Positions 37,731 to 47,058 of a DNA stretch of 64,000 bases are shown piece after piece (position 1 is the stretch's first letter; each line of letters opens with the position of its first letter). The notes under the pieces are model-generated. The model saw only the letters and a list, made by a program, of their open reading frames with translations. It ran no database searches and had not been told where the DNA came from. The DNA is from Armatimonadota bacterium (lineage in GTDB: Bacteria > Armatimonadota > SYMT01). The translations under genes and the position numbers were made by a program. Location of the stretch: assembly GCA_041690135.1 (NCBI GenBank), contig JAWLHY010000008.1, forward strand, positions 96,001 through 160,000, written 5' to 3'.

Positions 37731-38855
37731 TTAGCCGAGGCCGGGGCCGAAGCCCGTACCGAGGGTGAGCATGCCAATGGAGCGGGTCTGCACGCGGATG
37801 GCGGGGGAGTTGGGTGCGTCGAAGGCCTGGCCCGGACCGTAGGCCGTCATGTTGACCATCACGTTCTGGCAGCCTTCGAAGATGCCGGCCGGGATGTTGC
37901 AGGAGGTGGCGGAAGGCGGAAGGTAGACCCCCTTCTCCACCAGCGCGCGGACCTCGGACATCTGCGGGAATTGCATCCCAGCGCCCATCCCCTCGTATGT
38001 CTTGCCGCCCGCCCACATGATCAGGAGCTTGCGGCCCTTCGGAGCCACGGCCGTGAGGTGATAGCCAAGCACGCTAGCGACCGGCTTCCACGAGAGGTGG
38101 ATGAACTGCTTGAGATCGGCGCTCCCCGGCTTCGGCGAAGTGAACACCACCGGGTCGAGGAAGTCCACCGGTCCGCTCACGCGGAAGGCGGCGTCTCCCA
38201 GGTAGCTGGTGCGGAGCTTGTGGTCGCCCTGGAGCGAACCGGGCTTCACGAGAAGGGGGTTGGTTCCGGCCTGCGACTTGGCATTGGGCCACATCGCTTC
38301 GGTCCAGTCCGGCTTCTCGATCGCACCCATGCCCTGGGTGGAGTACCGCTTCCAGGCCTCGCGGTCCGCCGGCGGGAGGTCGGAGATCTTCCAGATCTTG
38401 GGCTGACCCGGGAGCACGGTTTCCGAACAACCCCAGTACTGGCGGATCTCGAAGTCGTCCGTGATCCGGTACTCCTCGGGAATGACACTCTTGGCGGCTT
38501 CCGCCTTGCGGACCTCCGGTCGATAAATCTCGAGCGGTAGGGTGGAGCCCAATTTCAACCCGGCCGGTACATCCAGGTTGGCGGTCGCCGCAGCGGGCGC
38601 GGTGCCCGGTGACCAGAGACGGACTTCCAGCTCCTTCCGGCCGGAGGCCAGCGCTCCCAGCGCGGCGGCCGCTTCCGGCGGAAGATCCTCCAGCTTGAGG
38701 CCTTCGGGCAGACCCGGTAGACCCGGCAGGCTCATGTTCTGCGTGGTGGCCCACAGGGCCAGGTAGGCCTTATCGCGATTCTCCTGCGCGCGCACGGCTG
38801 AGGCCAGCGCCGTGCCGAAAGTCCCCAGGAGGAGTGTTCTTCGATTGATCTGCAT
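37731..38855 (-). CDS. Tat-exported hypothetical protein
   Basis: MQINRRTLLLGTFGTALASAVRA twin-arginine signal; YWGC motif; 374 aa. Confidence 0.78.
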   Translation of the reverse strand: MQINRRTLLLGTFGTALASAVRAQENRDKAYLALWATTQNMSLPGLPGLPEGLKLEDLPPEAAAALGALASGRKELEVRLWSPGTAPAAATANLDVPAGLKLGSTLPLEIYRPEVRKAEAAKSVIPEEYRITDDFEIRQYWGCSETVLPGQPKIWKISDLPPADREAWKRYSTQGMGAIEKPDWTEAMWPNAKSQAGTNPLLVKPGSLQGDHKLRTSYLGDAAFRVSGPVDFLDPVVFTSPKPGSADLKQFIHLSWKPVASVLGYHLTAVAPKGRKLLIMWAGGKTYEGMGAGMQFPQMSEVRALVEKGVYLPPSATSCNIPAGIFEGCQNVMVNMTAYGPGQAFDAPNSPAIRVQTRSIGMLTLGTGFGPGLG

Positions 38856-39087
38856 CACAACCCTCGCACAGCAAACGGGTAAGCGGTTTGTTGGAATTCT
38901 CACTCGGCTTTCCGTCACCGGAAGCCCTTACCCAGAATAACCCTTTCGCGGTTCCGCGTCGCGTGTTTCGGGTGTGAATTCGCTCACATCTCGACTGATG
39001 GTCGGACTTCTTCGCTCAGCTGGCGCAAGAAGGTCAAGTCTGGAGCGGACGGGAATAGTTGGTGTCAGTCTCCAGGGGGATAGCGGT

Positions 39088-40083
39088 ATGAAGGTTCTGG
39101 TTCTGGGCGGCACAGGGTTCCTCAGCTCGGCCATCGTGGGGGAGTTGCAGCAGGCGGGCCATGCAGTCACGGTGTACACCCGCGGGCAACGGGCTCTCCC
39201 CGAAGGGGTGGACGCGATCACCGGGGATCGGAAGGACGTGCCCGGCTTCCTGTCCCAGCTAGAAGGCCGACCGTTCGACGCCGTGATCGACTGCATCTGC
39301 TATACGCCGGAAGACGCCGCCGCGGACCTGCGGGCATTCGGGGGACGCACCGGTCACCTGGTGATGATCAGCACGGACTTCGTTTACGGTCCCCATCGGC
39401 GTCTCCCGATGGACGAGGACACGCCGACGCTGGCAATGAGCCAGTATGGGCGGAACAAGGCGGCCTGTGAAGAGCTGCTGCTGGGTGCCTGGTCCGAAGA
39501 GCGGTTCCCGGTCACGATCCTGCGACCGCCGCACATCATGGGCGCGGGAGGGCACCTGGGGACCGGTTCCCTCCAGGGGCGCGACCCGATGCTGCTCGGC
39601 CGGATGTTGTCCGGCGCGCCGGTGGTCCTGCTGGATGGGGGAGCGCTGCTGATCCAGCCGGTGGTCCACCGCGACATCGGCCGGGCTTGCGCAGCGGTCC
39701 TGGGTAACGAAGCCACGCTGGGGCAGGCCTACAACGTCGCCGGCCCGGACTGCATCACCACGCGCGAGTACTACGACGTGATCGCCGCCACGCTGGGGGT
39801 GGAGCAGCCGCAGTATCTCTCGCTGCCGTCGGACCTGTACGTCCGCGCCTCTCCGGACAAGGCCCCCTTCGCTCATCACCGCATGTACAGCGTGCAGAAG
39901 CTGCACCGCGACACGGGCTACCGTCCCGACACGGACGTGCGGCATGCGATCTTCGAGATGGTGGATTGGTTACAGGCTATGGGATCCGCCGCATCCTATG
40001 TTGCCACGGATCAGGACGAGGCGATGCAAGCCCTGTGCCACACTTTCGAGACTCACGCTCTCGAAGTGCTAAAGAGCGATTGA
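39088..40083 (+). CDS. NAD-dependent epimerase/dehydratase (atypical/extended SDR)
   Basis: MKVLVLGGTGFLS, ISTDFVYG, YGRNK, TILRP. Confidence 0.9.
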   Translation: MKVLVLGGTGFLSSAIVGELQQAGHAVTVYTRGQRALPEGVDAITGDRKDVPGFLSQLEGRPFDAVIDCICYTPEDAAADLRAFGGRTGHLVMISTDFVYGPHRRLPMDEDTPTLAMSQYGRNKAACEELLLGAWSEERFPVTILRPPHIMGAGGHLGTGSLQGRDPMLLGRMLSGAPVVLLDGGALLIQPVVHRDIGRACAAVLGNEATLGQAYNVAGPDCITTREYYDVIAATLGVEQPQYLSLPSDLYVRASPDKAPFAHHRMYSVQKLHRDTGYRPDTDVRHAIFEMVDWLQAMGSAASYVATDQDEAMQALCHTFETHALEVLKSD

Positions 40084-40243
40084 CTGCGGCAGTAACCTCA
40101 GACCAATCGGGCTGGGTAGGCGGTAAAGCGAGCATTGCACTCGTTCAGGTCGACCACTGCGACCGCAATGGGATGCGTGGAGCCGTCCCATACATCCCGG
40201 CGGGGATATACTGGGTAGAGACTTTCGCCTGAGACGGACCCAC

Positions 40244-41179
40244 GTGAACCTCCCCGACGCCTGGCTACTAACCCTGAGTTCCGCCGCGCTCTCCTTCGTC
40301 GTGCCCCTGTTGCTGGCCGGAGTGGGGGAGTGCATCGTGGAGCGCAGCGGGGTGGTGAACATCGGGGTGGAAGGGATGATGCTCGCCGCCGCCCTGGCCG
40401 CGGTGGTCGTCTCGCATGCGGCGGGATCGGCGTGGGCGGGGCTGGGCGCGGGCGTGCTGGCGGCGGTGGTGCTGGGGGCACTCTTCGCGGGAGTGGCCAT
40501 CGGACGGAAGGCGAACCAGATCGTGGTGGGAACCGCCGTCAACATTCTGGCGCTGGGCCTCACGGGGGCCTACTACGGCACCCTCACGCGCCGGCTGGCG
40601 GAACATGGGGTATCCCGGCTGGGAGGGGTGAAGCTTCCGGACTGGCCGCTGCCCGGCCTCTCCGCGCTCCCGGTATTGGGGCCGACCCTATTTACGGGTA
40701 ATCTCCTCGTCTACCTGGCGTTCCTGATGGTTCCGCTGACCGCGGTGCTGCTCTACCGGTCTCGCCTGGGGCTTCAACTGCGGGCGGCGGGGGAATACCC
40801 ACAGGCGGCAGAGGCGGCCGGTACGAACGTCCGGCGTTTACGGTTGCTGGCGGTGCTGGTGGGGGCTGCGCTGGCGGGGCTGGGCGGGGTGTTTCTTGCG
40901 ATTGGTCACGTGGTAACCTTCCAGGAGAATATGATCGCCGGGAAGGGGTTTATCGCGCTGGCGCTGGTGATCTTCGGGCGGTGGAGCCCGTGGGGTGTCC
41001 TGGCGGGGGCGGGGGTCTTCAGCCTGGCCTGGGGCTTCGGCGCGGTGCTGAGCAGCCAGGGCCGGGGCCGTCCGGAAGAGGTTTTCTTGCTGGCGCTCCC
41101 CTACCTGGCTACGCTGGCCGCGCTGGTGTTCCGCTCGGGGCGCACGACCGCGCCCGCCGCGTTGGGGCAGCCGTACTGA
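40244..41179 (+). CDS. ABC transporter permease (nucleoside/sugar BPD_transp_2 family)
   Basis: ERSGVVNIGVEGMM, ANQIVVG, GLQLRAAGEYPQAAEAAG, GKGFIALALVIFGRW, LPYL, PAALG. Confidence 0.92.
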   Translation: MNLPDAWLLTLSSAALSFVVPLLLAGVGECIVERSGVVNIGVEGMMLAAALAAVVVSHAAGSAWAGLGAGVLAAVVLGALFAGVAIGRKANQIVVGTAVNILALGLTGAYYGTLTRRLAEHGVSRLGGVKLPDWPLPGLSALPVLGPTLFTGNLLVYLAFLMVPLTAVLLYRSRLGLQLRAAGEYPQAAEAAGTNVRRLRLLAVLVGAALAGLGGVFLAIGHVVTFQENMIAGKGFIALALVIFGRWSPWGVLAGAGVFSLAWGFGAVLSSQGRGRPEEVFLLALPYLATLAALVFRSGRTTAPAALGQPY

Positions 41180-41181
41180 CT

Positions 41182-42129
41182 ATGATCCAGCTCACTCGCA
41201 AAACCCGTTTTTCGGCCGCGCATCGCTACTACCTGGACGACCGCTCCGAAGAAGAGAACCGCCGGATATTTGGGCTCTGCGCCCTGCCCAACGGCCACGG
41301 GCACGACTACGTCGCGGAGGTGACCGTTTCGGGCGAAGTCGATCCGGCCAACGGAATGGTGGTGAACATCTCCGAGTTGAAGCCGATCCTGCAGGCGGAG
41401 ATCACCGATCCGCTCGACGGCGCCTACCTCACTCCGGCACATCCGCTCCTGCAGGGTAAGATTCCCTCGACCGAAGTCCTGGCGCGCCTGCTCTGGGACC
41501 GGCTGTCGGCGGCGATCGGGAACGCCGGGTTACCGGTGGACCTGGAGCGAGTGCGCCTGGCGGAGAGTTCGCGGCTCTGGTCGGACTGCGAGCGGGCTCG
41601 TCGCACCCCAAGGCGGAAGGAAACCCCGGCAACGGCAGGCAGACGGGGTGAGGGGGAACCCGCACTGGCGGCCCCCACCCAGGAAGAGGGTTCGGAAGAG
41701 GAGTCACTGGGCGTCATGGTAACGCTGACCCGCACCTATGAATTCGCCGCGGCCCACCGGCTGCACAGCGCCAGTCTTTCGGACGAGGAGAATCGCGACC
41801 TCTTCGGTAAGTGCAACAACTTCCATGGCCACGGCCACAACTACCTTCTCGAGGTTACCGTGGGCGGAGAGCCGGACCCGCGGACCGGACTGCTGGTCGA
41901 TCTAGGCGAACTCGACCGTGTGGTCAACGAGCAGGTGGTGGAGCGGTACGACCATCGGCACCTCAATTTCGACATCGAAGAGTTCCGCGAGCTGAACCCC
42001 ACGTCCGAGAACCTGGTTAAAGTGATCTGGAGCCGCTTACTCCCTGCACTGCCCGCCGGCACGCTGCGCCAGGTCACGCTGCGGGAGACGGAGCGGAATA
42101 TTTTTACCTACGAAGGGGAGACGGAGTGA
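41182..42129 (+). CDS. Tandem two-domain 6-pyruvoyl-tetrahydropterin synthase (PTPS/QueD family)
   Basis: Two T-fold domains: FSAAH...[14 protein letters not shown] and FAAAH...[14 protein letters not shown]...PTSENL. GTGA-coupled to folE. Confidence 0.9.
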   Translation: MIQLTRKTRFSAAHRYYLDDRSEEENRRIFGLCALPNGHGHDYVAEVTVSGEVDPANGMVVNISELKPILQAEITDPLDGAYLTPAHPLLQGKIPSTEVLARLLWDRLSAAIGNAGLPVDLERVRLAESSRLWSDCERARRTPRRKETPATAGRRGEGEPALAAPTQEEGSEEESLGVMVTLTRTYEFAAAHRLHSASLSDEENRDLFGKCNNFHGHGHNYLLEVTVGGEPDPRTGLLVDLGELDRVVNEQVVERYDHRHLNFDIEEFRELNPTSENLVKVIWSRLLPALPAGTLRQVTLRETERNIFTYEGETE

Positions 42130-42692
42130 GCGATCGTTTGACGGAGCTCTACCGGGAGATCCTGGTGGAGATTGGAGAGGACCCGGAGCGAGAAGGGCTG
42201 GCGAAGACACCGGCTCGCGCGGCCCAGGCGTTCCGCGACTTCACCCGCGGCTACACGCAGGATGTGAGCACAGTCCTCAATAAGGCGGTGTTCTCGGAAG
42301 AGTATGACGACATGGTCATCGTCCGGGACATCGAGATGTATAGCCTTTGCGAGCACCACCTGGTGCCGTTCTTCGGCTCGGTGCACGTCGGCTATCTGCC
42401 GCAGGGGAAGATTCTGGGGTTGAGCAAAATCGCGCGCGTCGTCGACATGTTCTCCCGCCGTCTGCAGGTGCAGGAGCGCCTCACGCATGAAATCGCCCAT
42501 GCGATCCAGGAAGCGATCGAGCCGCTGGGGGTCGCGGTGGTGGTGGAAGCCCGTCACCTCTGCATGATGTCGCGCGGGGTCGAGAAGCAGCAGTCCAAGA
42601 TGATCACGAGCTGCGTACTGGGCGCCTTCCGGAAGGACCGGGGCACCCGCCAGGAGTTCATGGACCTCCTCCGCGGCAACGGGCGTTCGTAG
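42126..42692 (+). CDS. folE: GTP cyclohydrolase I
   Basis: [48 protein letters not shown]. Confidence 0.97.
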   Translation: MSDRLTELYREILVEIGEDPEREGLAKTPARAAQAFRDFTRGYTQDVSTVLNKAVFSEEYDDMVIVRDIEMYSLCEHHLVPFFGSVHVGYLPQGKILGLSKIARVVDMFSRRLQVQERLTHEIAHAIQEAIEPLGVAVVVEARHLCMMSRGVEKQQSKMITSCVLGAFRKDRGTRQEFMDLLRGNGRS

Positions 42693-42709
42693 TAAAGCTG
42701 TGATCGGAT

Positions 42710-42738
42710 TTGCCGGATTGCAGCCTGAGTTCCATAAT
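42710..42738 (+). promoter_or_regulatory. Putative sigma70 promoter for lipA
   Basis: TTGCCG-N17-CATAAT. Confidence 0.55.
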
Positions 42739-42809
42739 AAGCCGTGCGCTCCGGAGGCATGGGGCCCAGAGCGCGGTCTGTCGAGGTTGGGGATACCGAA
42801 AGGGTAGTT

Positions 42810-43715
42810 ATGAAGGAGTTACCGGTAGTCAACGAGGTTCGCATCGGCGGACCCTTGAGCGCGTTCGGACCACCCCGGCCCGACTGGCTCAAGGTCCGGG
42901 CTCCCGGCGGCCCTAACTACACCGACCTGCAGCGGCTGGTGTCCGACCTCCGCCTCCACACGGTCTGCGAAAGCGCGCGATGTCCCAACATCGGCGATTG
43001 CTGGGAGCGACGGTCCGCGACCTTTATGATCCTGGGCGACATCTGTACGCGAGCCTGCGGCTTTTGCGCCATCAAGACGGGTCGCCCTCTGGAACTGGAT
43101 CGTGAAGAACCGGAACGGGTTGCCGAGGCGATCGAGTATCTCGGGCTCCGCTTCGCGGTTATCACCTCGGTCAACCGGGATGAGCTCCCCGACGGCGGCG
43201 CGGAAATCTTCGCGGAGACGATCCGCGCGGTCCGCCGTCGCAGCCCGCAGACCGGAATCGAGGTCTTGATTCCGGACTTTGAAGGCAACGAGGACGCCCT
43301 GCGGATGGTGATGGAGGCCCGACCCGACATCCTGAACCACAACATGGAGAGTATCGAGCGCCTCTACAAGCTCGTTCGTCCCCAGGCGAAGTACTGGCGG
43401 TCGCTCGAACTCCTGCGCAGGGCCAAAGCCATGGACCCGACCGTGGTGACGAAGAGCGGAATGATGTTGGGGGTCGGCGAGGAACTCGATGAGGTTCGCG
43501 AAGCCATGCGCCACCTGCGGGAAGTCGACTGCGATGTGCTCACCCTCGGCCAGTACCTTCGCCCTTCCGCAAAGCACATCCCGGTCGTGCGCTACGTGAC
43601 GCCCGAAGAGTTCGCGCTCCTGAAAGAAGAGGGACTCGCGATGGGCTTCCGCCACGTGGAGAGCGGACCACTCGTCCGCAGTTCCTACCACGCCGACGAG
43701 CAGGTACCGAAGTAG
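42810..43715 (+). CDS. lipA: Lipoyl synthase
   Basis: [23 protein letters not shown] radical-SAM motif, NHNMES, GQYLRPS, VRSSYHA. Confidence 0.97.
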   Translation: MKELPVVNEVRIGGPLSAFGPPRPDWLKVRAPGGPNYTDLQRLVSDLRLHTVCESARCPNIGDCWERRSATFMILGDICTRACGFCAIKTGRPLELDREEPERVAEAIEYLGLRFAVITSVNRDELPDGGAEIFAETIRAVRRRSPQTGIEVLIPDFEGNEDALRMVMEARPDILNHNMESIERLYKLVRPQAKYWRSLELLRRAKAMDPTVVTKSGMMLGVGEELDEVREAMRHLREVDCDVLTLGQYLRPSAKHIPVVRYVTPEEFALLKEEGLAMGFRHVESGPLVRSSYHADEQVPK

Positions 43716-43823
43716 GACCCACATTCGCCGAAGGCTTGTGCCCTGTGCGGTGACGACTACGTATTTTGGCAATCCGCGACTCACAGGATTTGCGCCAAGA
43801 ATAGGTCCCCGCGACAGCGGATC

Positions 43824-43860
43824 ACGACGCCCGGCCACCTATCGGCCGGGCGTCGTCTTT
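43824..43860 (+). terminator. Rho-independent terminator after lipA
   Basis: ACGACGCCCGGCC-loop-GGCCGGGCGTCGT followed by CTTT. Confidence 0.65.
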
Positions 43861-43886
43861 ACCCGGTCCGTGGCGCGCGTTATAAT
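43858..43886 (+). promoter_or_regulatory. Putative sigma70 promoter for the A-type Fe-S carrier gene
   Basis: TTTACC-N17-TATAAT (perfect -10). Confidence 0.65.
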
Positions 43887-44044
43887 ACCGCCAGAGTTTG
43901 ATCGGACGCGCGGGCCTTCGTGTCGGCTCCGGCGGTAGCGGGTACGACCCCAGAAACAACTCGAGCGAATACCCCCATCCAGGTGCGGGGTTTGGTATGG
44001 CTCCTTGCTCAGGAATGGGCGAGAGAAGAAGGAAGGATCAGGCA

Positions 44045-44434
44045 GTGATTACCCTAACCGAGAAGGCAGTCGCCAAGGTCAGAGAAATTATCGAGGGGCA
44101 GGGCCAGGCCGAAGCCGGGCTGCGCGTCTACGTGGCCGGGGGCGGCTGCTCCGGCTTCAAATACGGAATGGCGCTCGACACCGAAGCCGCGCCGGACGAT
44201 GAAGTGTTCGAGTGCGCCGGGCTGAAAGTGTTTGTCGACTCAATGAGCTTCCCGTACCTGAACGGCGCCTCCGTGGATTACGTGGACGACGCGCTTCTGG
44301 GGCAGGGCTTCAAGGTTGAGAACCCGAATGCGACGTCTTCCTGCGGCTGCGGCCAGTCGTTCAAGACGGCCGACGGCGCCCCGGCGGGCGGTGGCGGCTG
44401 CGGCAGCGGCGGCTGCGGATCCGGCTGCGGCTAA
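44045..44434 (+). CDS. Iron-sulfur cluster assembly accessory protein (IscA/ErpA/HesB family) with Gly/Cys-rich tail
   Basis: GGGCSGFKY, VDYV, NPNATSSCGCGQSF. GTG start after AAGGAAGGA. Confidence 0.95.
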   Translation: MITLTEKAVAKVREIIEGQGQAEAGLRVYVAGGGCSGFKYGMALDTEAAPDDEVFECAGLKVFVDSMSFPYLNGASVDYVDDALLGQGFKVENPNATSSCGCGQSFKTADGAPAGGGGCGSGGCGSGCG

Positions 44435-44447
44435 TCCCGGTTTTCAG

Positions 44448-44496
44448 TAACACAAACAACCGGCCAGGCCTGGGGCCTGGCCGGTTGTTTGTGTTA
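44448..44496. terminator. Bidirectional terminator (23-bp perfect inverted repeat)
   Basis: TAACACAAACAACCGGCCAGGCC-TGG-GGCCTGGCCGGTTGTTTGTGTTA between convergent genes. Confidence 0.85.
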
Positions 44497-44504
44497 GACC
44501 CAAG

Positions 44505-44789
44505 TTATTGGGCTGCGCGCTGTTGCGCCGCCTGGCCCGTAACAAAGCGCCAGCAGCGCCGCAGGAAACCTCTCCAACCGACCTCGTTCGGGTCGATCAT
44601 CTCCAACCCTTCCGGAAACTCCTCCCGGTAAAAGCTCTGCATGTCGCGCATCAGGCGTACCTTCCCCTCTTCCGGAAGGTCGGCGGCGCGACTGACCCCG
44701 TAGGTCGCCAGGTGGCGCTCGACGATTTCCGTGCCGCGGTCTGCGATGCGCTGGGGCACGTCGGGTACGTAGCGATTGACCTTTTTCAT
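44505..44789 (-). CDS. Small hypothetical protein
   Basis: 94-aa ORF with purine-rich RBS, fills the gap and ends just before the bidirectional terminator. Confidence 0.6.
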   Translation of the reverse strand: MKKVNRYVPDVPQRIADRGTEIVERHLATYGVSRAADLPEEGKVRLMRDMQSFYREEFPEGLEMIDPNEVGWRGFLRRCWRFVTGQAAQQRAAQ

Positions 44790-44911
44790 CCCTCACTCCC
44801 GCCTTTAGAAGCCTGCTCTCATTCCAACTACACTTCACGCATACCCTTACCCATGTTTGGGCAAAACCCTCTGTCCCAAGGATAGGAGACCGGATGGAGG
44901 GAGTTGGAGTG

Positions 44912-45280
44912 ATGAAATCAGTCTGGGCCGAGACCCTGCGACTGGACGTGACGGAAGTGGATGGCTACCCATGCGTACGGCTTGCCGGCGAAGGGGAGCA
45001 GTGCGGAGCGGATAACCTGGAGCGCGCTTTCGAGGAGTTGATCCGCATGGGGATGACCCGCGTAGTGTTGGACACGCGCGACGTGCGGTTCCTCGACCCG
45101 CAGTGCTACGAAGCACTCGAGAGCGTGGTTCAGAAGTTGGAGGCGACGGGGGGGTTGCTCGTGGTGGTGGACCAGAGCCTGCCCGTGGAACGGACTCTCA
45201 AGCTACTGGACGTCGAGCGCCTGGCACCGGTCGTCCCGACCATCAGCCAGGCCACCACCTATCTCGACTGGCACGAATAG
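44912..45280 (+). CDS. STAS-domain protein (anti-anti-sigma factor-like)
   Basis: VRLAGE...VVLDTRDVRFLD...GGLLVVV...VERTLKLLDV. GGAG RBS. Confidence 0.85.
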   Translation: MKSVWAETLRLDVTEVDGYPCVRLAGEGEQCGADNLERAFEELIRMGMTRVVLDTRDVRFLDPQCYEALESVVQKLEATGGLLVVVDQSLPVERTLKLLDVERLAPVVPTISQATTYLDWHE

Positions 45281-45292
45281 TAAGGCGTGGGG

Positions 45293-45604
45293 CTACGGGC
45301 CGAACTCCACCGGCCCGTCCCACCCACTCATTCCGTGGCGGATGTTTCGGACCTTCTCAAAGCCTACCTCGGAAAGCCAGTATCCCGCGGAGGCGCTCCG
45401 GATGCCGTGGGCGCACACCACGAGTGTTTCCTTTTCGGGGTCGAGTTCCTGGTAGCGCGCCGTGAGTTCATCCAACGGGATGTGCACCGCACCGGGGATG
45501 TGCCCCCCGCGCCACTCCGGTGGCGTGCGGACATCCAGGATCACCACTTCTCCCGCCAGATACTGCTCCAGGGCCTGGTTCGGTGTAATCTCGATGTATG
45601 CCAT
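45293..45604 (-). CDS. Single-domain rhodanese
   Basis: ILDVRTPPEWRGGHIPGAVHIP, VCAHGIRS, GMSGW. Confidence 0.93.
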   Translation of the reverse strand: MAYIEITPNQALEQYLAGEVVILDVRTPPEWRGGHIPGAVHIPLDELTARYQELDPEKETLVVCAHGIRSASAGYWLSEVGFEKVRNIRHGMSGWDGPVEFGP

Positions 45605-45905
45605 ATATCCTGCTCCCGTTCCCGTTCCGTGTCTCGTGCAAGGTAACGCGTAAGCAGAGGCAGGTCAAGTGTTCGGCCACGGGGGACGATCAGCACGGGC
45701 AAACTCCCTGCAAGAGCAACTGCAGGCCAACTGCCCCAATTGCGCCGGGTGTTAGCGCGCCTCACAATCCTCCTCTTCATCTTCATCCAGATCGATCGGG
45801 TGGGGCAACACCTGCCCGGACAGGGGAGAATTACGGGAACGTCAGGGCTGGAGTCGCACCGCGGTTTCGGCCGCTGCTGAAGCATTGTTGATTGCCGAGG
45901 TTGGA

Positions 45906-46994
45906 ATGCACATTTCTGAGCTGGATACGCCCGCCGTTCTGATCGACCTGGATGTCCTCGAAAACAACATCCGGAGGGCACAGGACTACTTCACCACGCA
46001 CGGGATCCACTTCCGGCCCCACATCAAGACCCATAAGATTCCGCAAATCGCCCAGATGCAGGTGGAGGCGGGAGCTGTGGGAATCACCTGCGCCAAGCTC
46101 GGCGAGGCCGAAGTGATGGCCGACGCGGGCATCCAGGATATCTTCCTTGCCTATCCGATCCTGGGAGCACAGAAGCTGGCACGGTTGGTCCGCCTCGCCG
46201 AACGGTGCCGCCTCATAGTGGCGTTCGACTCCCCGGAAGCGGCCGAAGGAATCAGCCGGGCGGCGCAGGAGGCGGGGTTGGAGATCGGTGCCCTGGTAGA
46301 AATCGATACGGGTACGGAGCGCTGCGGCATCGCCCCCGGACCGGAGCTCGAAGGGCTGTGCCGGAGGGTCATCGACGCTCCCGGGTTGCGTTTCCGCGGA
46401 CTGATGACCTACCAGGGCTTCATCCAGGGTTCGCTGCAGGAGCGAACCCTGGAGATGCGGGCGGAAGGCGAGCGCATCCAGCAGATTCTGAGTGACCTCG
46501 AAAAAGTGGGAATCCCCTGCGAAATCGTCAGCGGCGGCACCTCGCCCAGCATGTTCTTCTCACACCTGGCCAAGCCGATTACCGAGAACCGGGCCGGCAC
46601 CTACATCTTTAACGACCGGAACATGGTTTCCAGCGGAGCGGTGACCTGGTCGGATTGTGCGATGCGCGTGGCGGTCACCGTGGCCAGCACGGCCGTAACC
46701 GGCCAGATCATCATCGACGGCGGCTCGAAGACGTTCAGCAGCGATCGGTGCGGCGCCTGGGAGGGCTTCGGGCGCGTGGTGGAAGATCCCGATCTCCTGT
46801 TCCTCAAGATGAACGAAGAGCACGGGTACGTGCGGCTGAACGGCAGCACGCGGAAGCACCGGGTGGGGGATCGCGTGCACGTCATTCCGAACCATGTGTG
46901 CACGGCAATGAACATGCACGATGAAGTGTGGGCTCACCGGAACGGCGAGGTGGTGGAACGGTGGCCCGTGGCTGCTCGCGGCAAGATCCGATAG
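45906..46994 (+). CDS. PLP fold-type III enzyme (D-threonine aldolase / D-serine dehydratase DSD1 family)
   Basis: DTPAVLID, RPHIKTHK, CAKLGEAE, SGGTSP, RAGTYIFND, DGGSK, EEHG, PNHVC. Confidence 0.9.
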   Translation: MHISELDTPAVLIDLDVLENNIRRAQDYFTTHGIHFRPHIKTHKIPQIAQMQVEAGAVGITCAKLGEAEVMADAGIQDIFLAYPILGAQKLARLVRLAERCRLIVAFDSPEAAEGISRAAQEAGLEIGALVEIDTGTERCGIAPGPELEGLCRRVIDAPGLRFRGLMTYQGFIQGSLQERTLEMRAEGERIQQILSDLEKVGIPCEIVSGGTSPSMFFSHLAKPITENRAGTYIFNDRNMVSSGAVTWSDCAMRVAVTVASTAVTGQIIIDGGSKTFSSDRCGAWEGFGRVVEDPDLLFLKMNEEHGYVRLNGSTRKHRVGDRVHVIPNHVCTAMNMHDEVWAHRNGEVVERWPVAARGKIR

Positions 46995-47000
46995 ATACGG

Positions 47001-47035
47001 AAAGGGGCTGCGGCATTGCGTGCCGCAGCCCCTTT
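47001..47035. terminator. Bidirectional terminator
   Basis: AAAGGGGCTGCGGCA-TTGCG-TGCCGCAGCCCCTTT between convergent genes. Confidence 0.85.
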
Positions 47036-47058
47036 ACTCTTGCCGAGTCCGCCGTGAT

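Noticed and set aside
41182-42129. queD gene symbol
   Set aside because: The active-site spacing is Cx5HGH, not Cx3HGH, and no queC/E/F are nearby.
43893-43903. AGAGTTTGATC matches the 5' end of 16S rRNA (27F site)
   Set aside because: Only 11 nt match, and the following sequence is not rRNA-like and runs into a protein-coding gene.
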